DNA from: Perkinsus chesapeaki ATCC PRA-425
Taxonomy: Eukaryota; Protista; Perkinsozoa
DNA: 64,000 nt
Assembly: GCA_013115145.1 (NCBI GenBank)
Contig: JAAPAO010000013.1
Span: forward strand, 78,342 to 142,341
Direction of reading: 5' to 3'
The position numbers and the translations under genes are program-made. Under the pieces are notes generated by a model. It searched no databases and was not told the DNA's origin. It saw nothing but the letters and a program-made list of their open reading frames with translations. Below are positions 23,688 to 36,111 of the stretch, piece after piece. Every line of letters starts with the position of its first letter. The stretch's first letter is position 1.

Positions 23688-23953
23688 ACTTCCCATTGGA
23701 AGCGATGACTGAGAGACTGTACACGAGTCGTGTGTAGACACACTAACAGTTCCAAGAGCACCCTTCTTAACGCACCCCAGGTTATGAAGCATGATAACAC
23801 AAGCCTAATGGAATCTTAGAGGAACACTATTAAATTTCCACAGCCATTCAATTGCGCTCAGTGGCTTATAAAACAGTTGATAATGTACGAGAATCATTCG
23901 AAAGATCGGAGCTTCTTCGGGCATCATCCCCGTCGGACGTGCTCCTAGGACTC

Positions 23954-25283
23954 CTAGTTCTTTGCCGACGATTCTTTGCCGCGGTATATTTGCATGTAAG
24001 TCAAAAACAAGTCCTCTAACCCCGCCTCCCGGCATCTGAATAAAACGATAACCGCTTTACCGAAAACCAAGTGGAGCAGTGGCATATTGATACTCGGACC
24101 GGTTAAAGTGTGCACACATTTACATGTTAACCGACCTACTTATCAGCCACTGCATTCAGCTCATCTTTGCCGTACTCGTGAAACTCAATAGGCAACTTGC
24201 GCATATCGTCAAGCTCTTTGCCGGGCGGTACGGGAATCTGTTCGTCACCGCGAACATCCATATATCGCCAATTCAACCTGGTATGAAGGAACTCAGGTGG
24301 GGAAGGACAACCGAACTGTACTTGTACACCATGTTAACATAGTCCGTCACATCCTGTTCATCTCCCTCCACAACTATACATCCAGGGAACCCTATTTTAC
24401 TCATACCACCCAGTCGAAGCTCCTCTGAAAGATAAGAGATGGATTAAGCGCCAACCGTGGCAGTAGATTTCAGTGGAGTGGAGATCTCACTTGCCCACTG
24501 TTGAATGCACCGTCTTTTATAGGGGCTCCGAATGTGATGGAAGAATATGATTCGTCGGCCGAGGATGGGAGGCCCTCTACGCTTGGCCTCCTTTGTCTGA
24601 TGCAGATGTTACTAGACTTTGCTGCCTCATCAAGCTCTACCTCAGCTGCTGCTGCTGCCCGCGATGTTGACAAAGGCTCGCCTGCAGCGCCCTTATATTG
24701 TTCACTCTTCCACTCCTCGGCAAACTAGAATAAAGCGTTGCTCACAGATTGCGAGTCACAATAGAACCCAATGGTGCTTGGTACCTTGGAAATAAGTGCT
24801 GGTATCGGAGCCAAGGCGGCAAGGATAGGGAATTCATACCCAGACCTCAGCTGGGCCTTAACATTAGAGGCAATTGCGTCTTGCAACTTTCCTAAGCATT
24901 AACGTATCATAGGATGCCCAAGTCGAATAAGCAGATTGGCTATATAGTTGACGTCCATGGGACACTTACTTGATCTAGCAGAGAGATCGGCGGAGCACTC
25001 GGCAATGACGATTTCTGGAAAGGCCGCTCCGTCATTTGTAGGATATCCATGCGGGAGAGTTACCATAACAGTGGCACTCGTTTCGTCATCATAGCCGTTA
25101 GTGAATGTAATGGCGTATCTAAATGAACCCGACATGTTGTTGAAACAGTACGCGAAGGTTATCCTACGTCATCTCGTCTCCGTCGTCTTCGTTATCAGGC
25201 TGATGCAGCCACATAAAGTCACTGCCATATGCAGCAGAAAGAGCCTCAGACTCTCGCAGTTGAAGATCAAAGCAAGTGGACAT
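23954..25283 (-). CDS. RWDD2-like protein (RWD + DUF1115-type C-terminal domain), copy B, multi-exon
   Basis: MSTCFDLQLRESEALSAAYG, RWD LPHGYP motif, GRRIIFFHHIRSPYKR, LGGMSKIGFPGCIVVEG, last exon KCREAGLEDLFLTYMQIYRGKESSAKN*. Confidence 0.8.
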
Positions 25284-25653
25284 GCTGTATCAATAATCAA
25301 ACCTTACAGAGTCCAATTCATCATTCAAGCGAAGGTCCACTACCCACACCAACTCGAAGGGACATCTTCACGAGTCGTGGAGCAGCAAGAGACAGCCGTG
25401 ACAGGGTCTACTAATTGCAATTGTGCAGCTTTCACTGTGCAAGCATTGCGAATACCGATTATACTCCTTTGAATAGAAGAAAAACGGCGTGTGTGCAACA
25501 CCTCCGACCCTCGCGATACAGATTGCCCATCTGAACACGTTACTGTATCGTACAAAAGGCAAGTTTGACAGGCAACAAGAACTGAGTGAGCATGAAGCAA
25601 ATAGAACCACTGTGTGGCGAGTAGTGTTATATTTGACCATGGCCTCCAGCAAT

Positions 25654-27170
25654 TCAACGTTTCTTTTCTTTCTTCTCATCAGTAGACTTCGTTCTGGCCT
25701 TCTTGTCCTTGGACTTCTTTCCACCATAGATCTTCATGCACGTCAAGAACAATTCCTCCAGCCCGGCTTCTCGGCATCTACAAGAGCACAGACGTAAAGG
25801 AGGCAAACTACCCGATCTGTGCACCACCTGGCAGCCACCTTATCCATGTCGTCCCAGCCGTATTCGATGAACGACAGTGGCAACGCTCTCATATCATCCA
25901 ACGTTCGTCCAGGCGGCACTGGGACCTGCTCCTCGCCTCGCACAGCAATGTACTTCCAGCGAAGTCTGACAAGCAATACCGGACCATCTGAGAGGGGCCG
26001 CTGGTTACCTAGTCACTAGGTTTACAAACTCAGCGCAATCACGTTCGTCTCCTTCAACCAATATACAGCCAGGGTAGCCTAGCTTCGACATACCTCCTAG
26101 ACGGAGCGCTCCTAACATGCTCCGATCGACGTCTTGACAGTGGTACTTCACAAAAGACTCACGGGCCCATTCTAGAATATATTTCCGCTTCACAGGACTC
26201 CATATGTGATGGGAGTAGATCATCCTTCTGCCGAGTACTGGTGGGCCACGCCTCATCTCGTACTTCTTTTCCTGCATGTCGGGCTGGCAATGCGCCTATT
26301 TCGAGTGGCCTACTGCAACAGCAAGGTGCGCCGCCCATGCATAGTCTTCTTCAGCTTCCTCCTTCTTACGCTCCGCCTCCATATCGGCCCATTCCTCCTC
26401 GTACTGATCGAAAGCATCAGTACGTTCCCCACAGTTATACAATCTCACCTGGTGGAGCAAGTCTGGTATTGGAGCAAGAGCGGCTAGAATAGGGAACTCG
26501 TAGCCCTCTTTTAACTGCCGCCGGACCTCGGCTGCCACTGTGTCTTCGATCTTTCCTGAGACCATCGCATACCAGCGCGCATACCCTACGACGGCCCTAG
26601 ACGAAAGTAACCGAGAAGAAAAGGTAAATCTTATTATGTTATTCTCAGAACACCTAGAGTTGCCACCGGTTTGTGGGATTGAAAACCAATGTTGGTGAAT
26701 CGAATCCCTCGGCACTGCGCCGTATAGTGCGCACGTTCTGGATTTGGTCTCCAGGTATACCAATATTTTGAAGGCATAACAAATGAAAGGCTGGCAGTTT
26801 CCCGTAGAAGATAGATCCTCAGACTGTTCAATTTGGACATACCTCCCCCCACCCCTCACTTAGTTTCCTCTTAACAGTCTCTGATGCCTCCACTGCCACT
26901 ATCTCCGGCAAAACACCGCCACTCGTGGGATATCCAGCTGGGAGAGTGAACATGATCGTTGCCGTGCTTTCCATTGTACCACTGCTATGCACTGTTACTG
27001 CGTATCTGACCATCCCAACACTCCAACTTCAGTGGTGACTTCACGTACGCAGGTTCGCCGTCCTCAGACGATTCTGGCTTATGCAACCACATAAATCCCT
27101 CATCTTGGCCGTAGACTGACTCAAGTGCGTCGGCCTCATCGAACTGTTGATCCAGACAGGTGCTCCTCAT
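25654..27170 (-). CDS. RWDD2-like protein (RWD + DUF1115-type domain), copy A, multi-exon
   Basis: DEADALESVYG, LPAGYP, GRRMIYSHHIWSPVKRKYILEWA, LGGMSKLGYPGCILVEG, last exon RCREAGLEELFLTCMKIYGGKK...KR*. Confidence 0.82.
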
Positions 27171-27374
27171 GGCCTCTCCAACGTTATTAATCAGTTATAA
27201 AAAACATCAACTTGTAAGACTCGATTCCAATGGTAACCAGTCAGAGCTGGTCAAAGGGAGGGATTATGTCAGAGAAGCCTCGCTGCGGTGTGGCCTTCAG
27301 TATTAGTCCTAGGCTTGCGGGTCTACACATTGCACTTGAGAACCCAAGCCGGGCTAGGTGTTAGAAACTGCATA

Positions 27375-28905
27375 TCATGAAACGGTAGCTGCAACAGCTG
27401 GCTCATCAGTAACACGCCTCCGTTTCCCTCCCTTCCCCGTCCGCACCGCCTGTGCTGCTATATAGTCCTTCAAGGAGGACACTTCCTCCCGTGTCAGCTC
27501 CCTAACATCGCCCGGCATCGGTACACCAGCTTCATGGATGGCGAATGGCCCCAGCTGGATGCGACACAGATCGCGCACTGTAGACCTGTTAGATCGCTGT
27601 CCTACCTATCCCGAGCCCCTCCACTCACCCCACAGCCTCCACCATTCGCCTAACTTGCCGATTCCTTCCTTCCCACAGTGTTATGTTAAACTGCTTGCAT
27701 GTATACCTATCATACTCGCTCATTTCCAATGGGAAAGGGTCCCCGTTCCCATCGAGTGGCTCGACCAAGGTAGGCAGTGTTGGACCATCTATCACCATAA
27801 TAGAGCCTTCTTAAAGGAGATTCTTACCATCTAACGATACGCCACTACGCAAAGCCATAAGCTGGGCTCCTGTAAGAGGCGGGCCTTTGACAGCCACACG
27901 ATAGACCTTCGGCACCTTATAGGCCGGATCAACCAGGGAAGACTGCAGGTAGGTGTCGTTGGTAAGGAGGAGCAGACCTTAAATAGATCACATGGTAAAC
28001 TTATCGAATCCGCAGATCTCCACGGGATGGAGGGGAAAGATTACGAATCGTTGTAACCGGACAGCAGAAAGTTAAAACGGTCCTAAATCCCACACGCCGC
28101 CGTTATCCTTTAGCACCCCCTCGTACCAGTAGTCGCCTTATCCAGTCTTCCTGATGCCCCAATATATACAGCAGGATCTGGTAAGAGCTGGAACACCTAC
28201 TAACACCCTACCCAAGCTCAATTACACTCTCTTACTGTATCCCTGTTTAATGGGTCATCTCGGCTCACCACACAGCCCGCTGGCTTGTGCATCAGCAGCG
28301 TAAGGTGGCAGGTGGCCTCCAGCGGTGTGCCATTGACCTAAGCAAGCCCATCCAGTCACGCGCCCTGGCTCCTTCTTACCAATATAGAGTCCTTTCGTAT
28401 ATCAACCCATTTGTTTTGGAACACCGGCCTACCATTCACAGTTATCCGACCACGCTCTATGAGCCTTCCAGCCTCGGTACCTTACCAATGACATAAGCAC
28501 TCAAGGAGCACACCTTACTGACGGCTGCAGAGACCAAGCTTCGAGAGCAGGCGGTCAACCGTGACGTTATCAGACCCGACTCGAGCGATCTGATGGCAGA
28601 GACATTCTTCTGTGCTGCGGTCCGCAACTGTCTTACTGATTCATCGCTGAGCACTCCCTTCGAGTGCTCCAGTGCGGAGACTTTGGGCTCAGGCTCATGG
28701 CCCCAGGTGGGCTCCCACGATATGGAGGTAGACGGCGTTCTAGGACGCCTCCAACTGAATAATCATTAGCCCTCCAACTGGTGTTAACTACGTACTGTTT
28801 AATCTTATGCCACATGAACTGTGAGGTGTCCCACCGCCGGGCCATGCTTATGCATTTGGGAAGGGACGGCCGACACTCACACAGCCCTCGAGATATCAGT
28901 GCCAT
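27375..28905 (-). CDS. RsuA/RluB/E/F-family rRNA pseudouridine synthase with N-terminal S4 domain, multi-exon, probably organelle-targeted
   Basis: Spliced translation gives VDRLLSKLGLCSR..EAGRLIERGRITVNG (S4), LMHKPAG, catalytic GRLDKATT|GLLLLTND, VPKVYRV, VRRMVEAVG, RIQLGP and RELTREEV. The N-terminal Arg-rich leader and start codon are inferred. Confidence 0.88.
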
Positions 28906-29432
28906 CCTCACAGTCCTAAGAAGCCATGGTCTGCCCCCCCCACTGGTTACTAGGAGGAACGCAACAAGGAGGCAACCAGAGATAAAATCTAGTGAACGTT
29001 AAGGGACGATAAAAAGTCTGAGAAACATAGCTTGCCAAGTACAGAAGAATGCTGCTGCTTGAGATTCATGAGTCACAACCCTTTTGATTGGACTGCGCAG
29101 CGAGACAGGCAAATAATAACATCTTCATTTGGCTCTCTCAGGCCTGTTGAGGCAGACGAGCGGACTGAGAGCGCGGCACGAACGGCGGAGGCTCATTGGA
29201 ACGCCTCGCTGTGGCTGAACAAAAACAAATATGCTCCGAAGCCCTCAAGCCGAGCCTACAGATATCTGCAAAGGTAGGGCCACGGTGTAGGAAGGGAGGC
29301 TCCTCTCTATGATCGCCAGCCAGATCACCCTCTATACCTAAATAGGCATAACTGCGCCCTTACTTAACCAATTCTTACCGAGAATGTCCTCGAGCCGCAG
29401 CCAGCAATCACCAAAGTGAACCAGATGAACGG

Positions 29433-32401
29433 CTAGAGAGACCACTTGCAAAAGGCCAGTAAGAAGAAACTTTTCGGCTGCACCTGAAGATACCCCCATG
29501 GTTCATTGCTCCTTTGCTCGGAACACCCACCGTTCACTGTCCCCAACTGACTTGGTGCTTGGCCAGTCTCTGCCCACAGGCTGGTACGCATTCTAGTGAG
29601 CTCCACATTCAGCCTTATGACAGCCTGCCTCACACAACTCCCTGCAGACCGTGGCTGCTGGACACATGTTACATCCACGTTCACCCTGGACTCCAGTGAT
29701 ACATCTACGCAGCAATGAGGCATTACTCAGTGGCCTTTATAGCGGCCAACAGCTCATCCATATTATTAATGAGGCCACCAGCGACCTGCACGCCCTTACT
29801 GCCAAGCCGGCAGTCCCTTGCAGGGCTTGCTACAGCCAACGCTGCCAAGGAGAGATCGACCTGTCACCAGGAGAGCTACTCGGAGAGCGGTATGAGTGCA
29901 ATTGGTTACCAAAGCCTCGTTGACGTCCGTAGAGAAGTCCCCCCTTCGCATGATCTGATCTTGCAGTTTGCCTTGTCTAATCAAAGGCTTGGTTGCTGGA
30001 GGGAAGTGGACCTGATCACCAAGCGATCCCGCCAAGCGTCTTAAGCGGCAGCAGGCATACTAAAGTGTCCACAGCCTTCGGGGGTACCCCACTAGCAGCG
30101 TTGCGCGGAGGCTTGTAGCTCGTAGACTGGGGCTTCTCCTCCTCGGAAGTTGTCACGAGGCGGCTCATGCTTCTGGTATACCTGACCCTCAACGACATAT
30201 ACAAGCACAAAATCCTAATAGAGATCAGCCTCAGTAAGGCCAAGTGACGCTCCTACCAACGATACCCCTAGGCCTTCCATTAATGACACCCCCTACCCAG
30301 CCTCTACCAACAACACCCGCTATTACGCCAGAGCACTCTGCCCTTCAGCCTTATCACTATGCTGACACTGTGTGGCTTTCACAACAGCTCGCATAGTCAC
30401 ATCCACGGCAGTCTCCAATAGATCCTTATGAGGAGCGTCCAATGCGAATCGTAGACGGAATGGTGGTGGTACCATCTAAGACCAGCACTCTTCAAGAACG
30501 CCGCCTTCCCTCAACTCTTACTGCAAATATCATAGCCAGGAATACACCAGTACAAACAATAGCAATACGATAGAGAGCCACATGCCATATGGCATAGGAA
30601 TCCCGAGCTGAAAAAAGAAGAACAAGTGACAAACCGCCCACCGTCGTCATCGCCAGTGTGATAGGGCCCGCTGCCTCTAGGGACTATGCATTGGCTGGGG
30701 GATACTACGCATTGAACCAGAGTTGCTACTCTCATCTTCCTTCCAACTAGCGATCGCCACCACCACCCATGAGATGTACGCCAGCAATGGGCCCGACACC
30801 TTCTTAACCGTTCTACGGTGGAAGTAGGCGGCCAGGGCAGCAAGGAGGACCTGGGGAGCTGGTGAGGGTGGATGGGCCGTGGACAGGGCTTACCAGTTGA
30901 GTGGCATACGCACTGATGTTGCCTCTATTGGCCTCTGCCGACGCCAGCCCTAGTATGCCACCGAAGAGGGTCCAAGCGAATAGAGGGGCAACACAGTAGA
31001 CCGCACGAATCTATAGTGGGTAAGAAAGAAGTAGAATATGAAGGAGGGGGAGATGCTTACCATGCCTCCCTTAAGTAATACTTGTAAAGTCATGAGACCC
31101 GGTAACAAACCCCATAGGGCGTATCTGATATTAGAGGATGAAACACATTACTACGCATATATCAGACACTGTAGAAGCTCTATTAGAGAACGATTTATGT
31201 TTCTTATACCATATTTACTATTACCCTATACACCATATTTACTATTACTCTATATACCATATTTACTATTACTCTATATACCATATTTACTATTACTCTA
31301 TATACTACCTACACCCCTATCGTCCCCCCACTCCCTTACGCATCAACTGCTGAATCTCTACCTTCCCACAGAGTATACAGTATAGTAGCCACAAACATCA
31401 TAACGGCCATACGTAGAGCGTAGCACCTAACACCAAGGCAACACCTTCAACCCTTCATCATCAGCCGGCCTCATAGCTTACAGGGCATCCTCCGCATCAC
31501 AGCGACTACCGAACGACTGCCGTATAGAGCCAACTGCCTTCCACTTCGCCACTGTGTTCCTGCAACCGCCAACAATACCTCGAACAGACATGGAGAAGCG
31601 TCACTTACCTTCCCAGCATCGACAGTACCACCCTCAGTGAGCCCATCGTCGAGGCAACGTACTGAGTGCTCGCCATACGAGCCCTCCGCAAAGCCCGAAC
31701 CTTAAAGAAAGATGACTAAACGACCGGGAGATGGCAGAGCTTACGAATCTGACAATCTCCAGCACGGCGGCCTGCAATGCGAAGGCATCGGCAGCAGCGC
31801 TCTTGTAGGCCTGGCTGACGTGGGCCCCCATACTCGACTGAACTAGGTCGACCAACTGCTCCTCGCTAGGTAGGGAATCTATAAAGAGAAAAAGGAAATG
31901 AGCACTGAAATATATCGGCGTCTTACTCTCCGATACCGCAGCGATAACAGCGGTGAACTTTAACATAAAGGGAGCTGTTACCAGCCCCTCACATGCCTCT
32001 GGTAGAGACAAAGGACGTCCACTACGAGGAGGGTGTATCTAACAAAAGTGTACTCTATCTGTAAGGGTGCAAAGGCTCACCGTTTGAGCAAAGGTCGCCA
32101 GGTTGCCAAAGCATACAGACTGCAAATGGGTAACCTGACACAAACGCTGTCCCATTGTCAAATGCCAGACACCTACTTTTAAGGCTCCCTCATCATCCGA
32201 TTGCTTCCATGCTCTATAGAGGGCCTTCTGACACCGCAGTGAGGCTGCTCTGGTAGACACATAATCCTGAATTAAAAATGCCCTTACCCGGGATCGAACC
32301 CGCATAGGCGCTACCTCCTGAGCTCCGGATGGGGACATCAGCGATGTGCAAAGAGCGTGAAAATAGGACAGCAACGCCGAGTCCGCCTCGAACAATGCCA
32401 T
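29433..32401 (-). CDS. Hypothetical multi-exon protein
   Basis: Several exon-like ORFs with GT/AG ends (32039-32401, 31634-32011, 30016-30243, 29796-30035, 29433-29723); no family recognised; boundaries uncertain. Confidence 0.45.
31208..31303. repeat. AT-rich minisatellite, 4 x 24 bp (accatatttactattactctatat)
   Basis: Three identical units and one variant with no spacers; probably intronic. Confidence 0.92.
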
Positions 32402-32650
32402 CTTACTCGACCCACACAACCGGCAGCTCCTGCATCGCATCTGACCATAAGGGACTACTCGGGCTGGTTAACCACAGCGGTCTTACTAGTGACAGGAGGG
32501 ATGTGACCAGGAACGTGACTATGCCAGCTGCGCAACCGGCGAGCATACAGCGACCGAGCTCGGAATAGATGTTCGCCATCGCGCCGTATCTGATAGTAAC
32601 ACTCCTAGCAGTACTCGGATGTGCTTAGGTCAAATTCCCACGTTGTTGGA

Positions 32651-34412
32651 TCACAACAAGCATTCAGAATGGTCTTCTAGCTCGAGTTCTTCAAAAAGTG
32701 CAAGCTGCATTTCAATTCCATAAAATACACGAGACTAGGAGGAGAAGAGGAGGAGCCATTCTACTCACATTGGCACAGTACAGACCATCAAAGCTCCAAT
32801 AGGTACACTGTACACTTCGGTTATCTGAAAGATACCATATGATACAGGATATGATTATAAGCACTTACAGGCTTAACAGTATAGGCAAAGGCGTGCAGTA
32901 TCATTAAAGGCAATGCCCAGACAGCTGCTATATATGAATTATACCTGGGCATTCAAATAGAGGGGAAGCCGGCCTATTGATGGCTTACTCTACTGATGAA
33001 GCATCGAACACAGCCTTTATAGTGACGGTCCAAACGCCAGTGAGCACGTTAGAAATTATAGACGCCGTTATCACCTAACAACATGCATAGATTAGCAGCT
33101 TCTGCTGCAGAGAGGGATCGACTCCTAGCTCGACTATAATTCACGCTGGATGGACAAGGTTCGATGTGTCGGATGAGTATCTTAGTACTCAATGAGAATA
33201 AGGACAACATGCGCGTTCACTACTCAATGACAAGCATTAGCATAAAGATGCCATACTGTATCAAAGCTTCTAATGGTATTCAGTAGTATTATTGGAAGAG
33301 ACGGTTACTTTCATAGAGTTGCTTGCTGCACTATATACGCAGTCCCCAGCAGATATAGCAACGGCCATCAATGATAGGGTAGCTATGTCGACACCAATCC
33401 AACTGCTAACCGTTGGTACAAAGCATAATACCTAAAAGGGGGTCATCATCAACCACACTCATCGGTTGTTGAGGATTACTGATAGAATTATAGTAGACAG
33501 AACGAATGATAGCATGTAGAATGTGACAGGGTAGTCCAGGAATCTTTGTGTTAGGTGGAGGGTCATTAGGACGACGATGGTGGTGGCAAGGTGATTATAA
33601 TTATAAAAAGCTGAAGCCAACCTTACAAGTCTGCTGCCGGACCGAAGTCGAAGGGCGTTCAGAGACGTTAACAACTGAGCAAGGGGCGCAAGATACCCCT
33701 CAGTGCCCCTGTGATTCTTTATGCAAAAATAGATTCAATGGGAATTAGCGACGACCGTTCAACGTAGTGGAGCGTAATCAACGAAACCTTCACTAGCGTA
33801 CAGGCAGGTCAGTAGAGGTGACGAGTAATGCTTGAGCCAAAACTGCAAAAAACTCGATACCGCAATACCTGAGCCCGGCTCGGTGACTGATCGATCACGT
33901 CTGCCGTAGGAGTGATAAAGACGTCTTCGGTACATCGGTGATCCTCCTTTTTTCCAATAACGGACGAATCATCGAACTTTCATCCCATTTCACATAGCAA
34001 CTCGGCCGTCTATTATCTCTGATATTCAAACGACTAACATCCGAAAGGGACAGCGCTACCGAGCGTGAAGGAAACACAACACTGCAGTTGAGTAAAAGGC
34101 AGCATTATCCACATGGGCCGCGGTACAGAGGGCATGCATCGGCCAGCCCCAATAGAGGCTTTGGGGGTTCCTATAGGGGCACCAACATTCCTTAAGAGTC
34201 TCTGCCGTCCATGGGCGCCCATGAAGACAGTGTGCAGTAGCAACCGAGGCGTTGAACTCGCTACCGTACCTATTCCGCCATACACCACCAACATTGAAGC
34301 CTTCTTCCTCCCTACTTAACATGTCGAAGTGGCCCCGTAGAGGCTGGGTTACGACACGGGTAGTTGCCGTGCCAGTCCACCATAGTCTCAGACGCACACG
34401 CGTACCATTCAT
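32651..34412 (-). CDS. Hypothetical multi-pass membrane protein, multi-exon
   Basis: Successive hydrophobic exons (ATTIVVLMTLHL, FYMLSFVLSTIILSVIL, IATLSLMAVAISAG, ALIQYGIFMLMLVI, AVWALPLMILHAF); family not recognised. Confidence 0.5.
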
Positions 34413-34632
34413 TGTGATCCAGTGGCCTTCCTGGTTCCACATTCACACTGGCCTCCGACAGGCAGTAGACATAGTACCTTTTGATGGAAGGGATGCTCCC
34501 TCCTACCCCACGGTGAATAAGAACATATACTTCATTTTGGTATACTATATATAAAACACGGTATAAACAAAATAGTGTAAATATGTTGTATCATACCTAT
34601 TTTATTATTACTATTTTGTATATTTCTTACAT

Positions 34633-35988
34633 TTAAATATACACTATTTTCTCTATATTACTAATATGCAGGAAAGGGGGGTTTTCGAAGAAAAACGAGC
34701 GATCTATGCTTCGCCTTGTGCACAGGTGCGGAGTCAGAGCCTCGTCGTCGGCGTACTCGTGCGTGGTCGGTGATGACTTATAACCACCAAGGTTATAACT
34801 GATAACCTACTAACTGGCGAACAGTCGAACGCGGAATGCCACGGGACGTTTTCCATCCGCACTTCGCGCCCACATCGACTTTCTCGTGCAAGAAGGGAAC
34901 GGGGACAGAGATCAAGTCGCTATCGGTCACTTCTGCCCAGCTGATCGTCCCGGTTGTGAGCTCATCTTGCTCCCCAGCGGTCCCTCATGGCGAACGGGCA
35001 GGGCCGAGATGGCGTTTCGTAATATGACACAAACATATACCGCATACATGTATAATATGCTTTCTAGTGCTTACGTTGCTCATCACTGTAATAGAGTGAG
35101 GCATTGGCAGCGGCAGCAGCAGCAACGGTAGTGGCTTACGTTGACGGTATCCGATCGATCGTCACATCACCGAGGAGCATCGCCAAATACACCTCGCTAC
35201 CAAAACGGTCAACATATGGCGTAGATGGGTTACTTTCCACCATAACCGCTGCGACGCCACTGACTAAGGCCCTCCACATAGAGAAGTATCTGCAGAAAGA
35301 TTACTACCCATACCACAACAAAAGGAGGACAACACCTCAGAGCGGCCCCTCGAGTCATCACTGCATGCCGATCATTCACACCACCGTAGTCCTCCCCATC
35401 CGGAACAAACACGACCTCGCTCTCCCTAGCACCGAGCAAGCCGAGGCTTATATGAGGGGCGAGCCAATGGAGGTCAGGACGGCTTCGAACGATCCATCTG
35501 TACTGGAAACCTCCCCTCGCCTCAGCCATCTCAAAATGCTGTAAACAGCTATCAAGTATCCTGTACACCATCAGCCGTGACCCACAGAAGGCCTGCCCTG
35601 TCCGGTTCAATAGGACATTCCTCTGATATTGAGAGGTGACGTCAAAGCCAGCTTCTATGAGCCTTCGCTCCACACCGATGCTCTCATCCTGTATAAATAG
35701 CTGAACTCTGGCTCCTGCCCGACGGAGGATGCTCATAAACGTATTAGCAGCCAACCGCTCCTCCTTTCCAGTGACATGAGGCGTTCCAACAAACGCATCA
35801 ATCTCATACCCTTCAGAGGTTAGAGCAGCTATCAGATATGTGCCAACACTCTGCATTGTATCATTGGTTACTCGACCACCTATTTTACCATGGAAGCATA
35901 TACCAACCCTTGGGCTACCAAAGGCCAACATGAGGACTGTCAAAAGGACGAGGAGGAGGACGACGACGACGGGCGTACGGGCGGCCAT
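34633..35988 (-). CDS. Type II membrane protein, putative glycosyltransferase (RSRPD / DYGGVNDR motifs)
   Basis: N-terminal signal-anchor MAARTPVVVVLLLVLLTVLMLAF, VGICFHG, YRWIVRSRPDLHW, DYGGVNDRHAV. The glycosyltransferase assignment is inferred from motif resemblance; the 3' end is approximate. Confidence 0.6.
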
Positions 35989-36111
35989 TGGAACATGAGA
36001 TCGAAAGGAAAACTGGCCCCTGATATCGAGAATGGGCAACTCAAGCCGATGATGAAGGATACCACTTCTCCTGGCTGTTATCGAAGTGTCGCGGTAGTCT
36101 CAACGTATTCA

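Noticed and set aside
23805-24035. ORF MPGGGVRGLVFDLH...
   Set aside because: Wrong frame. The region is the last exon of RWDD2-B (KCREAGLEDLFLTYMQ), homologous to the last exon of copy A.
24470-24673. Possible IMPACT-like motif (ITFGAPIKD) after an RWD domain
   Set aside because: Another frame gives GRRIIFFHHIRSPYKRR, matching the RWDD2-type motif of the paralogue.
31208-31303. Regular 24-bp repeats as a CRISPR-like array
   Set aside because: The units are directly adjacent with no spacers, the context is eukaryotic and there are no cas genes; this is a minisatellite.
33831-33842. 12-nt match (minus strand TTTTGGCTCAAG) to the 3' end of the dinoflagellate spliced leader
   Set aside because: It lies inside an apparent coding exon (FLQFWLKH), has no upstream SL half and is not at a gene start; most likely chance.
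34766-34807. Mini box C/D-like motif (GTGATGA...8-bp stem...CTGA)
   Set aside because: Too short to carry guides, and it overlaps an exon/intron junction of the minus-strand glycosyltransferase-like gene; only the 8-bp stem is real.
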